A stretch of DNA of 64,000 bases from an uncultured Planctomycetia bacterium (GTDB lineage: Bacteria; Omnitrophota; Gorgyraeia; Tantalellales; Tantalellaceae), in assembly GCA_964431495.1 (NCBI GenBank), contig CAYSJU010000009.1:7205-71204 (forward strand). The letters are read 5' to 3'. Below are positions 18,839-28,420 of the stretch, piece by piece. The notes beneath the pieces were generated by a model. It saw nothing but the letters and a program-made list of their open reading frames with translations, was not told the DNA's origin and made no database searches. The translations under genes and the position numbers were made by a program. Numbering within the stretch: the first letter of the stretch is position 1; every line of letters starts with the position of its first letter.

Positions 18839-19369
18839 ATGATAAGAGAAGATATCGTAAAAAGTTACGTTAAAGGTAAGGACGTGCTGGATGTCGGCGC
18901 CGTAGGTCAGACACGTCATTACAACTTGTGGGAAGACATCAAGGTGATGACGAGATCTTTGACCGGCATAGATATCGTGCCTTCTCCCGATAAGGATATA
19001 ATCCAGGGAAACATAGAAACGTATTCCTTCGGCAAGAAGTTTGACGTGATCGTGCTGGGGGATGTGATCGAACACGTGGATAACCAGGGATTGTTGCTCG
19101 ATAATCTGCGCAGGCACCTTAAAGAGGACGGTGTTATTATAATGACTACACCCAACGCGAAATGGCCCACTGTTTTTTTGCCGACAAACCCCACGCATAC
19201 ATTGTGGCATGACAGAAGGACCATAAGCGCCATAGTCGAAAGACACGGGTTAAATATAGTAGGATTCAGGTACTACTATGGAAACAAGTCGCGTTATAAT
19301 CCTTTGGTCAGGTTGTTTATAAAAAGGCAGCAGATGCTGGTCATCTGTAAACTCAAGAAAGAGCCGTGA
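18839..19369 (+). CDS. Small class I SAM-dependent methyltransferase
   Basis: VLDVGAVG, DVIVLGDVIEHVDN, LKEDGVIIMTTPN. Confidence 0.6.
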   Translation: MIREDIVKSYVKGKDVLDVGAVGQTRHYNLWEDIKVMTRSLTGIDIVPSPDKDIIQGNIETYSFGKKFDVIVLGDVIEHVDNQGLLLDNLRRHLKEDGVIIMTTPNAKWPTVFLPTNPTHTLWHDRRTISAIVERHGLNIVGFRYYYGNKSRYNPLVRLFIKRQQMLVICKLKKEP

Positions 19370-19373
19370 TATC

Positions 19374-20918
19374 ATGGGCGATAAAAATCACATAAGTTTC
19401 TGGATATTTATGTTTTTCCTGACATTTTTTGTCATTATCTCGTATGGCCGTTTCGGGGGTGATGGGCTGGAAAACTATCTCACGGCTGAAAGTATCGTGC
19501 TTGACGGGGATTTCTCGATACATGACCGGCCCTTCGATGTCGCAGAGATGAGATACGCCGACAGGGGCCGCACGGGCGCGGATGGAAAAAGATACTCGAC
19601 GTATGGTCTCGGTCTGGCATTTCTACTTGTGCCGTTCTACTGCCTGGGGCATATATTCTCTAATTTTATCGGCGGCGTCCCGCACGGTTACGTTACCCAG
19701 TTCACGGTGTCGTTCTTCAATCCGATTGTATTAGCTCTTTTGTCAGTGGTGCTGTTCAAATTACTTTTAAGATTAGGGTACAACGCTAAAACAGTTTTTT
19801 TCACCAGTTTGATCTACTCTTTGTGTTCCATGAACGTGGTTTACGCGCGTTCCGGCTTTGCCGAACCCGCGATAGCGCTATTGGTCCTGTTAGCGGCGTT
19901 GTCGATGTTTGACTATTCCCGTGATGGAAAAATTTTCCCGGTCGTTCTAACCGCGGTTTCCATAGGGTACATGTTGTTCATAAAAAAGAACTCTTTTATA
20001 TTATTTCCTGGTTTTGCCTTGTACTTTTTTTATTTATTGAGTAAGGACAAAAAGCTCTCACTCGGAGATAAAGTACGTCATTTCGCCTGTTTCGCGGGCC
20101 CCATCGTCCTGTCGGTTTTCGCCATTTTGCTGCAGAACAGGATACTTTACGGCGGCATAACGAGTACAGAGTACGGGACCGTCGGAGACCTGCTCTCAAA
20201 AGTAAGAACGGACGGGTATCCCGTCAAGGGCCTTTATTATTATTTGATAAGTTCCGGCAAGGGATACCTTATCTATAATATAGCACTGGTACTGGGGCTT
20301 TTTGCTTTGAGGGATTTTTATAGAAAACACAGGGATTACTGTATATTTATCGCGGCCCTTTTACTTTCCAACCTGTTATTTTACTCGTTCATATTTCTCA
20401 GGGGGTCATTATTTTCGTGGGGACCAAGGTATCTTTTTCCGACGCTTCCTTTGTTTGCTTTGTTCCTGGCTGAATTCATGAGCGGGAAAGATACCCTGAA
20501 GAGGAAGGTGACCGTCGCGTTTTTCGCGGCCGCGGGTTTTATCGTACAGCTGCCTAATCTCGTTGTCAGTTTTTCGAAATACCTGTTTTTTGTAAAAGAA
20601 AAACTTGGTCTCGAAGAGTTCCTCATCAATTTCATGCCCGAATTAAGCCCGGTAAAAGGGGTGTGGATGTTGCTGCTTTCTTTTATAAACAGGTTCCTGC
20701 GGGGGGTATCGCTGGATTTTTCATATAATCCCGATCTATGGTTTTTTGAAACAGTGAGGGCTTCTTTGGAAGGATACGATATAGCGGATATATGGTGGGT
20801 CAATGTGATAAAAATAGACCCCTCTTTGAAGATTCCCGTGTGTGTCGTGTTGGGCTTATTGTTGATATTGCTTATGTCCAGTTGCCGCAAAATAATTATT
20901 TACCTGAAAAGATGCTGA
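19374..20918 (+). CDS. Polytopic membrane protein, putative GT-C-fold (ArnT/PMT-like) glycosyltransferase
   Basis: More than 10 hydrophobic helices. First loop is acidic (GGDGLENYLTAESIVLDGDFSIHD), as in GT-C enzymes. No exact family motif recognised. Confidence 0.45.
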   Translation: MGDKNHISFWIFMFFLTFFVIISYGRFGGDGLENYLTAESIVLDGDFSIHDRPFDVAEMRYADRGRTGADGKRYSTYGLGLAFLLVPFYCLGHIFSNFIGGVPHGYVTQFTVSFFNPIVLALLSVVLFKLLLRLGYNAKTVFFTSLIYSLCSMNVVYARSGFAEPAIALLVLLAALSMFDYSRDGKIFPVVLTAVSIGYMLFIKKNSFILFPGFALYFFYLLSKDKKLSLGDKVRHFACFAGPIVLSVFAILLQNRILYGGITSTEYGTVGDLLSKVRTDGYPVKGLYYYLISSGKGYLIYNIALVLGLFALRDFYRKHRDYCIFIAALLLSNLLFYSFIFLRGSLFSWGPRYLFPTLPLFALFLAEFMSGKDTLKRKVTVAFFAAAGFIVQLPNLVVSFSKYLFFVKEKLGLEEFLINFMPELSPVKGVWMLLLSFINRFLRGVSLDFSYNPDLWFFETVRASLEGYDIADIWWVNVIKIDPSLKIPVCVVLGLLLILLMSSCRKIIIYLKRC

Positions 20919-20920
20919 TC

Positions 20921-21889
20921 ATGAAAAGCCGGATATTTAACAGGATAAAAGGGATCTACGGCAGGCACAAAGGATCCATTTCGATCATTTTTCTCCTGGT
21001 GATCTTTGTCCTGTTTCTTCTTTATATGAAAGACAGGAAAGATGACTTTGGGCTGTTGCTCGGGTTGTCTTTTAATGACATATTCCTGTTGTTGGCGGGC
21101 GCCTTATTGTTCAAGCTGATTTTAGGTTATAATTTCCGGGTGCTCATTTCGTTTTTTGGTATAAACCTCGGATTCAGACAATGGTTCGGCCTGACATGCA
21201 TGGCGGCAATGGCGAATTATCTCCTGCCAGTAAAGGCGGGCGTCGCGGCGCAGGCCGTTTATCTGAAAAAGATCTATGGATTCAGGTATACTGATTTTTT
21301 AAGTTCGATAACGGGTTTTTACGCGGTGACATTCCTGGTAAACGCTGTTTCGGGAGTGGCTTTAAGTTTTCTGCTTTTTCGTCGAGGGGTAGAGTCCGCC
21401 GGCATGATATTGATCTTTTTTCTTCTTTTCACGGTCGTGACAGGCGTTTTCTTGTTTTTTTTATATCATTCCACAAAACTCAGCCACAAGCTGAGCTTTG
21501 TGAAGGGATTTTTAGAAGGGTTGAAGAATTTTCATGGCAAACCCCGGCGCGCGTTTTATCTTGTCATTTCGCAGATAGGCGTGATAATCGCGATAGGTGT
21601 CAGGCTTTTGATCGCTTTCCGTGTTCTGGGAATAGAGATAGACATTGTTTCGTGCATGGTAATAGCCCTGATAACGTCTTTCTCTATATTCGTGAGCGTG
21701 ACCCCGGGAAATTTAGGGATAAAGGAGTTCCTGGTCACGTTCTCTGCCAGCGCGCTTGGTTTTACCCCTTCAGAGGGGCTTATGGTAGCCATGCTTGACA
21801 GGGGCGTTGATATAATTGTAAGTTTCGTGACGGGCTACGGGTTTACGTATATGCTCGCAAATAAAAAAGCAGTTCCACAGGACACTTAA
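20921..21889 (+). CDS. Flippase-like / LPG-synthase-TM (UPF0104) family membrane protein
   Basis: Eight or so TM helices. LLPVKAGVAAQAVYLKK and VTPGNLGIKEF resemble the UPF0104 family. ATG 20921 follows the upstream stop at 20918. Confidence 0.55.
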   Translation: MKSRIFNRIKGIYGRHKGSISIIFLLVIFVLFLLYMKDRKDDFGLLLGLSFNDIFLLLAGALLFKLILGYNFRVLISFFGINLGFRQWFGLTCMAAMANYLLPVKAGVAAQAVYLKKIYGFRYTDFLSSITGFYAVTFLVNAVSGVALSFLLFRRGVESAGMILIFFLLFTVVTGVFLFFLYHSTKLSHKLSFVKGFLEGLKNFHGKPRRAFYLVISQIGVIIAIGVRLLIAFRVLGIEIDIVSCMVIALITSFSIFVSVTPGNLGIKEFLVTFSASALGFTPSEGLMVAMLDRGVDIIVSFVTGYGFTYMLANKKAVPQDT

Positions 21890-21898
21890 GGGCCTTTT

Positions 21899-22837
21899 AT
21901 GAAAGTAGGTATTTTTATATTGAATTATAACGGCAGCGGACTTTTAAGGCTTTGTCTGCCTTCCATAGTTGAGGCTGCCGCGAGAAGCCGTTATCAGTGT
22001 GAAGTTGTAGTGGTTGACAACCGGAGCGTCGATGACAGCCGGGATCTGGTCGCGGCGGAGTTTCCCGGCGTGGGATTCCGCGTGATGAAGGAGAACAGGG
22101 TGCTTTGTTCTTTCAACGAAGTTGCCCGCGACTCTGACGCGGATAAAATAATTCTTCTAAATAACGACCTGGTGGTAGATAAGAATTTTATAGATCCTTT
22201 GATCGGTATTTTTTCAGAAAAAGAAAATGTGTTTTTATCCGCCGCGAGGGTATACAATTTCGACGGAACAGAACTGGAAGAGGGCAGGACAAAAGCCATA
22301 GTAAAGTGGGGGAGTTTAAAAGGGATTTCCAAGTATAAGGGTTACGAGAACGAACTGGAAAACATCGATTACACTTTCCAGGCCGGGTTCGGCGCGTTTG
22401 ACAGGAAAAAGTTTCTGGAACTTGATGGATACGATCCACTTTATCTGCCGGGGATACTGGAAGATACGGATATCTGTTTCAGGGCGTGGCGAAGCGGATA
22501 TAAATGTTTCTATCAGCCCAGGAGTCACATATACCATATTGGGAAAGCCAGTTTCAAGAAACGTTTTGGCAATAGAAAACTTTTGGCCATAAGCCACAGG
22601 AACACGTATTTTTTCATGTGGAAGAACATCACGGATAAAAAGATGCTTTTCATGAACATATTTTTTGCGGCCCCCAGGATGTTTTACGCGCTTGTTACCA
22701 TGAAGTGGGAGATAATATGGGGTTTTTTGTGGTTTCTTCAGAGGATCCCGGATGTATTGAAAAGAAGAAAACAGGAGTTCGAGAACAGAGGGTGTTATAT
22801 TAAAGGAGATAAAGAGGTTCTGGGGCTTTTTGGCTGA
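21899..22837 (+). CDS. GT2-family glycosyltransferase
   Basis: IFILNYNGSGLL, VVVVDNRSVDDS, LLNNDLVV, EDTDICFR. Confidence 0.75.
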   Translation: MKVGIFILNYNGSGLLRLCLPSIVEAAARSRYQCEVVVVDNRSVDDSRDLVAAEFPGVGFRVMKENRVLCSFNEVARDSDADKIILLNNDLVVDKNFIDPLIGIFSEKENVFLSAARVYNFDGTELEEGRTKAIVKWGSLKGISKYKGYENELENIDYTFQAGFGAFDRKKFLELDGYDPLYLPGILEDTDICFRAWRSGYKCFYQPRSHIYHIGKASFKKRFGNRKLLAISHRNTYFFMWKNITDKKMLFMNIFFAAPRMFYALVTMKWEIIWGFLWFLQRIPDVLKRRKQEFENRGCYIKGDKEVLGLFG

Positions 22838-22863
22838 AAATACTTATCAAGGACTTGTGGACC

Positions 22864-24594
22864 ATGGTGAAATTAGAGAAATTGATCGCTGAAAGATTTG
22901 ATGTTCTGGCAGACACATTCCCGTCTTTCATAGAAAAGGATGACGCGAGGCTCGGGGCTATTTTGCGCAATGCCGGGGATATTGCAGGAAAAAGGGTGCT
23001 TGAAGTGGGTTGCGGGAAGGGACGCGTTTCAAGGATATTTAAAGATCAAGGAGCGGATATATACGGAGTGGATGTATCGGAAAAACTCCTTCAGGAAGCA
23101 AAGAATATCAGCCCGTTTTCTTTTATAAAAGCGGAAGCGTATCAAATGCCGTTTAAAGATGATACCTTTGATATTGTGGTTATGCTTGAGGTATTCGAGC
23201 ACATACCGGATCCGCATTCAGCGTTGAGGGAAATAACAAGAGTTCTTAAGAATGACGGGAAATTGATCGTCGTCGACAGAAATAAGTTTTCGTTGAATAA
23301 CAGAAGGTTTTTAGTCCCGAATCTCCTGATAAAAAGATATCATGAGCTGAAAAACGAATGGATGTATCCAAAGGATTTTCCATACCGTGAACGCTGGTTC
23401 GATCCGGGAAGGGTCCACAGGACATTCAGGCGGTATTTTAAGGACGCGGGTTATGAATATATCATTTCAGATGGAGAAAGGAAGAGATGGTGGCATTTTG
23501 TCTTTAAACTGGTTCCTCAAACCCGCCACTTTGTATTATGGCACGGCAGGCGTAAACATAAGAGAGGCGAGAAAAGGCAATATCGTGAAGGGAAAAGGGC
23601 TGTGGTAAAAGAATTCGGCGCGGGGCATCTGCGGGTAAGGGAAAAAGTCGCGGAGACCCCCGGCATGCGAAGCCCGGCCGGCACAAAAAGTCGAATGAGC
23701 GGGATCTTTACGCTGAGGATAGATGCTGATGAGTATGAAGAAAAGTCTTTTTCCGGGTACTCGGGTCTATTTGAAAAATATAAGGATGCCATTACGATCT
23801 TCTTTAACGTTAACTCGTTCAAGAACGCTGCCGGTGAAATAAAAAAATGTAAGCAGATCGGACTTGATATACAATCGCACGGGTTTTATCACCATACTTA
23901 TAGCGACTACAAGAGCAACAGATACAACATAAGAAAGGCAAAAGTTTTTTTTGAAAACCTGGGTGTAAGAACAAAAGGATTCGCGTCTCCCATGGGCAGA
24001 TGGAACTTGCCGCTGATGAGAGCCCTGGAAGATGAAGGGTACGCATATTCTTCGGATTTCGCGTATGATTATCTCAGTTTGCCGACCAGGCCCAGCATGG
24101 ACCGCAGATACTGCGGCATATTAGAAATACCCGTGTTTCCAGTCGCCCCGGAACTTTTCTTTCAGAAAAGGCAATGTGAAATAAGCGATGTTTTAGGATA
24201 TTATAAAAGTGCGATAGATGAAATGATCGATTGCGGATTACCGGTAATTATATACGCTCACACGAGTGTGGATCACGGCGAGATACCCAAATTACTGGAG
24301 AAAATAGTCGACTATGCGGTTCCGGACAAAGGTCTAAGCCCTAAAAACATGACGGAGGTCCATGATCACTGGCAAAGGGGCGTTGACCATGAGAATGGAC
24401 CTGCCGGTAACATTGTTTCCGTTAAAACGCCGCATCCTGATTTTTGGGGACGGCCGGTGAACGAGCCGTTCTACAGAAAGATGAAAGACCGGCTGAAGGA
24501 TATTATTGACTTTGAACGGATCACACCGGTCGATGAATTAAGGTGTAATCGGATCAAGAAGGCAATGAAAATATTGGCGAGAAACATTTTATGA
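22864..24594 (+). CDS. Fusion protein: class I SAM methyltransferase (N-terminal) plus CE4/NodB-like polysaccharide deacetylase (C-terminal)
   Basis: N-terminal VLEVGCGKGRVS...DIVVMLEVFEHIPDP. Basic linker RRKHKRGEKRQYREGKR. C-terminal LRIDADEY, SHGFYHH (HxxxH-like), FASPMGRW. ORF track start 22855 is TTG; ATG 22864 used here. Confidence 0.6.
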   Translation: MVKLEKLIAERFDVLADTFPSFIEKDDARLGAILRNAGDIAGKRVLEVGCGKGRVSRIFKDQGADIYGVDVSEKLLQEAKNISPFSFIKAEAYQMPFKDDTFDIVVMLEVFEHIPDPHSALREITRVLKNDGKLIVVDRNKFSLNNRRFLVPNLLIKRYHELKNEWMYPKDFPYRERWFDPGRVHRTFRRYFKDAGYEYIISDGERKRWWHFVFKLVPQTRHFVLWHGRRKHKRGEKRQYREGKRAVVKEFGAGHLRVREKVAETPGMRSPAGTKSRMSGIFTLRIDADEYEEKSFSGYSGLFEKYKDAITIFFNVNSFKNAAGEIKKCKQIGLDIQSHGFYHHTYSDYKSNRYNIRKAKVFFENLGVRTKGFASPMGRWNLPLMRALEDEGYAYSSDFAYDYLSLPTRPSMDRRYCGILEIPVFPVAPELFFQKRQCEISDVLGYYKSAIDEMIDCGLPVIIYAHTSVDHGEIPKLLEKIVDYAVPDKGLSPKNMTEVHDHWQRGVDHENGPAGNIVSVKTPHPDFWGRPVNEPFYRKMKDRLKDIIDFERITPVDELRCNRIKKAMKILARNIL

Positions 24595-24608
24595 AACCAG
24601 GAGGAGAA

Positions 24609-25577
24609 ATGGCGAATTACTATAAGAACAAGAGAGTGCTTGTAACAGGCGCTGATGGATTCATGGGGTCGCATCTTACGGAGAGGTTGATCGCCGAAGG
24701 CGCGAAAGTGTCGGTTTTTATCCGCGGAAATTCAACCACAGGCACCACCCAGTATACTTTAAAGAACATAAAACATATTGAAGGAGAGATGGATGGCATC
24801 ATAACCGGCAACATCGCGAGCGCTGACGCCAGGGAACTGGTCATAAAAAACAGGCCGGATATTATTTTTCACCTGGCCGCTGACGCCTACGTACCGAATT
24901 CTTTTGATCATCCGCTGGAAGTGATGGAAACGAACGTAATAGGGACTCTCAACATGCTGCACGCGGTGAAGGAAGGGAAAGGCATAAAGAGGATCGTCTG
25001 CACTTCTTCCAGCGAGATATACGGTATGACCATAGGCGGCTCCATTGACGAAGAACACCCGCTTTATCCTTCATCGCCTTACGCCGCGAGCAAAGCCGCG
25101 GCGGATAAGTACTGTTATTCCTACTGGAACACCTATCACCTGCCAATAACCATAATAAGGCCGTTCAACACTTACGGCCCCAGGCATACATATGATGTGA
25201 TACCAAAGTTCATCGACCTGGCGCTGAAGGGGAGAAACCTTACCGTGCAAGGCACGGGCAGGCAGTCCAGGGATTTCACTTATATAGACGATATGGTCGA
25301 TGCTTTCATGATCATGGGGAGCCACAAGGACGCGATCGGGAAGGCGGTAAATTTCGGGACAGGCGAAGCAATAACCATAAATTACATCGCCAGAAAGATA
25401 AAAGAGTTTTCCGGTTCGAAGTCCAGCATAATACATACCAGGGAACGGAAAGCGCAGGTGCCCAAGCTCCTGTGCGATTATTCATTCGCAAAAAAACTTT
25501 TCAACTGGAAACCGAAAATATTCATTAATGAAGGATTAAGGAGGAATATCCAATGGGTAAAAGAGAACCAGACGTGA
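24609..25577 (+). CDS. NDP-sugar 4,6-dehydratase/epimerase (extended SDR)
   Basis: [31 protein letters not shown] (YxxxK). AGGAGG RBS precedes ATG 24609. Confidence 0.85.
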   Translation: MANYYKNKRVLVTGADGFMGSHLTERLIAEGAKVSVFIRGNSTTGTTQYTLKNIKHIEGEMDGIITGNIASADARELVIKNRPDIIFHLAADAYVPNSFDHPLEVMETNVIGTLNMLHAVKEGKGIKRIVCTSSSEIYGMTIGGSIDEEHPLYPSSPYAASKAAADKYCYSYWNTYHLPITIIRPFNTYGPRHTYDVIPKFIDLALKGRNLTVQGTGRQSRDFTYIDDMVDAFMIMGSHKDAIGKAVNFGTGEAITINYIARKIKEFSGSKSSIIHTRERKAQVPKLLCDYSFAKKLFNWKPKIFINEGLRRNIQWVKENQT

Positions 25578-26035
25578 AGATACATCCGACGGCGCTGATC
25601 TCAGATAAAGCGAAGATAGGCAAAGGCACGGTTGTATGGGCTTACACGCAGGTCATGGACGGAACAGAGATAGGCGAGAACTGTATCCTTGCGAATGGTG
25701 TTTACATAGACAGGAACGTGAAAATGGGACGGAACGTGAGAGTGCAGAACAAGACGTCCATATACAACGGCACCATCATCGAGGACAATGTTTTTATAGG
25801 CCCCCACACATGCTTCACGAACGATAAATATCCGAGGCATGATACCACAAGAGACCTTGCGGACATTTCCTGGCGCGTTAAGGAAGGCGCCTCGATCGGG
25901 GCAAACGTAACGGTCCTGGCCGATGTCACTATCGGACGGAACGCTGTTGTAGGAGCGGGGTCCGTTGTCACAAAGGATGTGCCGGACAATGCGATCTGTT
26001 ACGGAAATCCCGCAAAGGTCATGGGAAAGGTGTAG
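25553..26035 (+). CDS. Hexapeptide-repeat (left-handed beta-helix) N-acetyltransferase, WbpD/WlbB-like
   Basis: [20 protein letters not shown] plus repeated [LIV]G motifs ([25 protein letters not shown]). Start is either ATG 25553 or GTG 25574 (GTGA overlap). Confidence 0.75.
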   Translation: MGKREPDVKIHPTALISDKAKIGKGTVVWAYTQVMDGTEIGENCILANGVYIDRNVKMGRNVRVQNKTSIYNGTIIEDNVFIGPHTCFTNDKYPRHDTTRDLADISWRVKEGASIGANVTVLADVTIGRNAVVGAGSVVTKDVPDNAICYGNPAKVMGKV

Positions 26036-26041
26036 GATACC

Positions 26042-27214
26042 ATGGATAAGATCGTTTCAGGCGGTGAAATATTGCTTGCTCAAGACTGGTTAATGTGTTC
26101 CGGGATACAGGACCTGAAGGGACGTGAAGCCGGCGGTTTTAATGCATGGTTTGATCTGCGATCAGGGCAGTATCCCTATGTGTATTCGGAGATCACGGGA
26201 TACGGTATAACCTCTCTTTTGTTCCTGAAAGGTTTTTTTGATGAGGATTTTGTGGAAAGAGCCATCCTTGCCGCTGACTGGCTGCGGGACAAGGCGGAGC
26301 ACAAGCTCGGCGGTGTGAGGACCAGGCATTACCATCAGGATATGTCGGAATCCGACAGATATTCTTTTGAGAGCGAGAACATATACGCTTTTGACAACGG
26401 CATGGTATTATATGGACTCATCAATCTGTTCAAAGAATGCGGGGACAGGCAGTATCTTGAATTCTCAAAAAGGATCGCCGATCTCCTGATCGAAAAGATG
26501 CGAAGAGATGATGGGCTTTTTTGCGCGGTTTATAATCACAAGACAGGGGAGAAAACGGACCACACCTGGAAGTGGTCAACCCAGAGCGGCAGTTATCATG
26601 CCAAGCTGGCCCTGGGATTTACCGATCTTTATGACGTCACAAAGGACAATGTTTACAGGGATGCTGTTTTAACGCTTTGCCGGAAGTCCCTGGATTTCCA
26701 GGAGCCGGACGGAAGGTTCATTACTTCCCGCGCGGATAACAGCACGCATCTGCACCCGCATGCTTATTCAGCGGAAGGGCTGTTATACGCCGGTATGTAT
26801 TTCAAACGCGATGAGTTCATCCTCGCTGCGGTGAAAGCCGTAAAATGGGCGCTTGATAACCAATGCCGGGATGGCGGCATACCAAAGAAATTTGACGGCG
26901 AAAAGTTCATCACGCATTACAGGGTGGATATTCTGGCGCAGATACTCAGGCTGGGGGTGATCCTGGACGGCATAGGACAGCTGGATAAGAGCTATATTGA
27001 TGGGCTGAAAGAATTGAGAAGCAGGTTGCTCACTTTCCAGCACCTCCAGGAGGGTCTTCAAAAAGGAGGTTTTTATTATGGTTTTACACTGGAAGGTGAA
27101 AAAAGAAACCATATCAACTCCTGGTGCAGCATGTTCGCCATCCAGGCGCTTATTATGTTTGAAAAGATGGATTCAGAAAACGTGGATATCAACAGTCTGA
27201 GGTGTTTTGTATAA
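26042..27214 (+). CDS. Hypothetical protein, possibly alpha/alpha-toroid (AGE/six-hairpin or prenyltransferase-like) fold
   Basis: 390 aa, soluble, periodic aromatic/Gly segments (YSEITGYGITSLLF, YAFDNGMVLYGL, HAYSAEGLLYAG, DGGIPKKF). Fold guess only. Confidence 0.3.
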   Translation: MDKIVSGGEILLAQDWLMCSGIQDLKGREAGGFNAWFDLRSGQYPYVYSEITGYGITSLLFLKGFFDEDFVERAILAADWLRDKAEHKLGGVRTRHYHQDMSESDRYSFESENIYAFDNGMVLYGLINLFKECGDRQYLEFSKRIADLLIEKMRRDDGLFCAVYNHKTGEKTDHTWKWSTQSGSYHAKLALGFTDLYDVTKDNVYRDAVLTLCRKSLDFQEPDGRFITSRADNSTHLHPHAYSAEGLLYAGMYFKRDEFILAAVKAVKWALDNQCRDGGIPKKFDGEKFITHYRVDILAQILRLGVILDGIGQLDKSYIDGLKELRSRLLTFQHLQEGLQKGGFYYGFTLEGEKRNHINSWCSMFAIQALIMFEKMDSENVDINSLRCFV

Positions 27215-28335
27215 TGGGCATGAAGATAGGGTTCATATTCGGGACCAGACCGGAGATCATCAAGTTAAGCTCGATCATCCGCCATTGCATAAAGAAACAG
27301 ATCCCTTTTTTCACAATACATACCGGCCAGCATTATTCCCGCGGAATGTCCAGCTCTTTCCTGGAAGAACTTCAGCTGCCGGAACCCGACTATAACCTTA
27401 ACATAAGATCCAAGGCTCCGTTCAGGCAGGGGGACCATACCGGAAGGATGATGATAAAGCTGGAAGAGATACTGCTGAGGGAGATGCCTTCCGTGGCCCT
27501 TGTACAGGGTGACACCAATTCGGTGCTGGCCGGGGCGCTGGCGGTTTCCAAGATCTCGACCACAAGATCGTTTACGGGTTTTAACATAAAGCTGGGCCAT
27601 GTGGAAGCGGGACTCAGGAGTTATGACAGGGCCATGCCGGAAGAGATCAACAGGGTTATGGCGGATCATTTATCCGATTATCTCTTTGCACCCACGCGGA
27701 AGGCGAAAGATATCGCGAGCCACGAGGGCATAAAGAAGACAAAGGTATGGGTCACGGGAAATACCATAGTGGACGCGCTATATCACGGCCTTGAGGTAGG
27801 AAGGAAAAATAAAGACATCCTGTCCGGGAACGGCCTTAAAAAGGATTCCTATATTCTTTTGACACTTCACCGCCAGGAGAATGTCGATAACAGGAAGCGG
27901 CTGGATGAGATATTAAATGCAGTGAAGAAAATAGCGCGGAAACATAAAATGCCGGTGGTGTTTCCCATACATCCCAGGACGGTCAGAAAATTGAAAATGT
28001 TCGGTATTGACCCGAAAAGTTATCTCCACGTTATAGAGCCGTGCCCGTTCCTTGATTTTCTGCAGCTGGAAGCTAACGCGCGTCTTGTCCTTACCGATTC
28101 CGGCGGGGTTCAGGAGGAATCATGCGTGCTCAGGGTCCCCTGTGTCACCCTCAGGGATTCCACGGAAAGGCCAGAAACAGTGGAATCCGGGGCGAACATT
28201 ATCGCGGGAGCGCGCTCAAGAGAGATAGCTGATTCAGCGGAGATGATGCTTAACAGGAAGAGAGATTGGAGAAATCCGTTTGGAGACGGCACCGCGGGCA
28301 AAAGAATAATTGAAATATTGGTGAAACAGCATTAG
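27214..28335 (+). CDS. wecB: UDP-N-acetylglucosamine 2-epimerase
   Basis: KIGFIFGTRPEIIKL, HVEAGLRSYD, TDSGGVQEE. Whether it is hydrolysing or non-hydrolysing cannot be decided by eye. Confidence 0.9.
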   Translation: MGMKIGFIFGTRPEIIKLSSIIRHCIKKQIPFFTIHTGQHYSRGMSSSFLEELQLPEPDYNLNIRSKAPFRQGDHTGRMMIKLEEILLREMPSVALVQGDTNSVLAGALAVSKISTTRSFTGFNIKLGHVEAGLRSYDRAMPEEINRVMADHLSDYLFAPTRKAKDIASHEGIKKTKVWVTGNTIVDALYHGLEVGRKNKDILSGNGLKKDSYILLTLHRQENVDNRKRLDEILNAVKKIARKHKMPVVFPIHPRTVRKLKMFGIDPKSYLHVIEPCPFLDFLQLEANARLVLTDSGGVQEESCVLRVPCVTLRDSTERPETVESGANIIAGARSREIADSAEMMLNRKRDWRNPFGDGTAGKRIIEILVKQH

Positions 28336-28340
28336 TTTTG

Positions 28341-28396
28341 AGCTTTCAATCGTCAGCCTTCGGTAGCTGATAGCTGAAAGTTGAAGGCCGAAAGCT
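28341..28396 (+). other. Two-segment stem-loop between wecB and the next GT4 gene
   Basis: AGCTTTC/GAAAGCT (28341-47 / 28390-96) and GCCTTC/GAAGGC (28356-61 / 28383-88). The loop carries tandem TAGCTGA-TAGCTGA (28364-28377). No T-tract. Confidence 0.4.
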
Positions 28397-28420
28397 TTAT
28401 CATTGTTTAGGGAGATAAGA

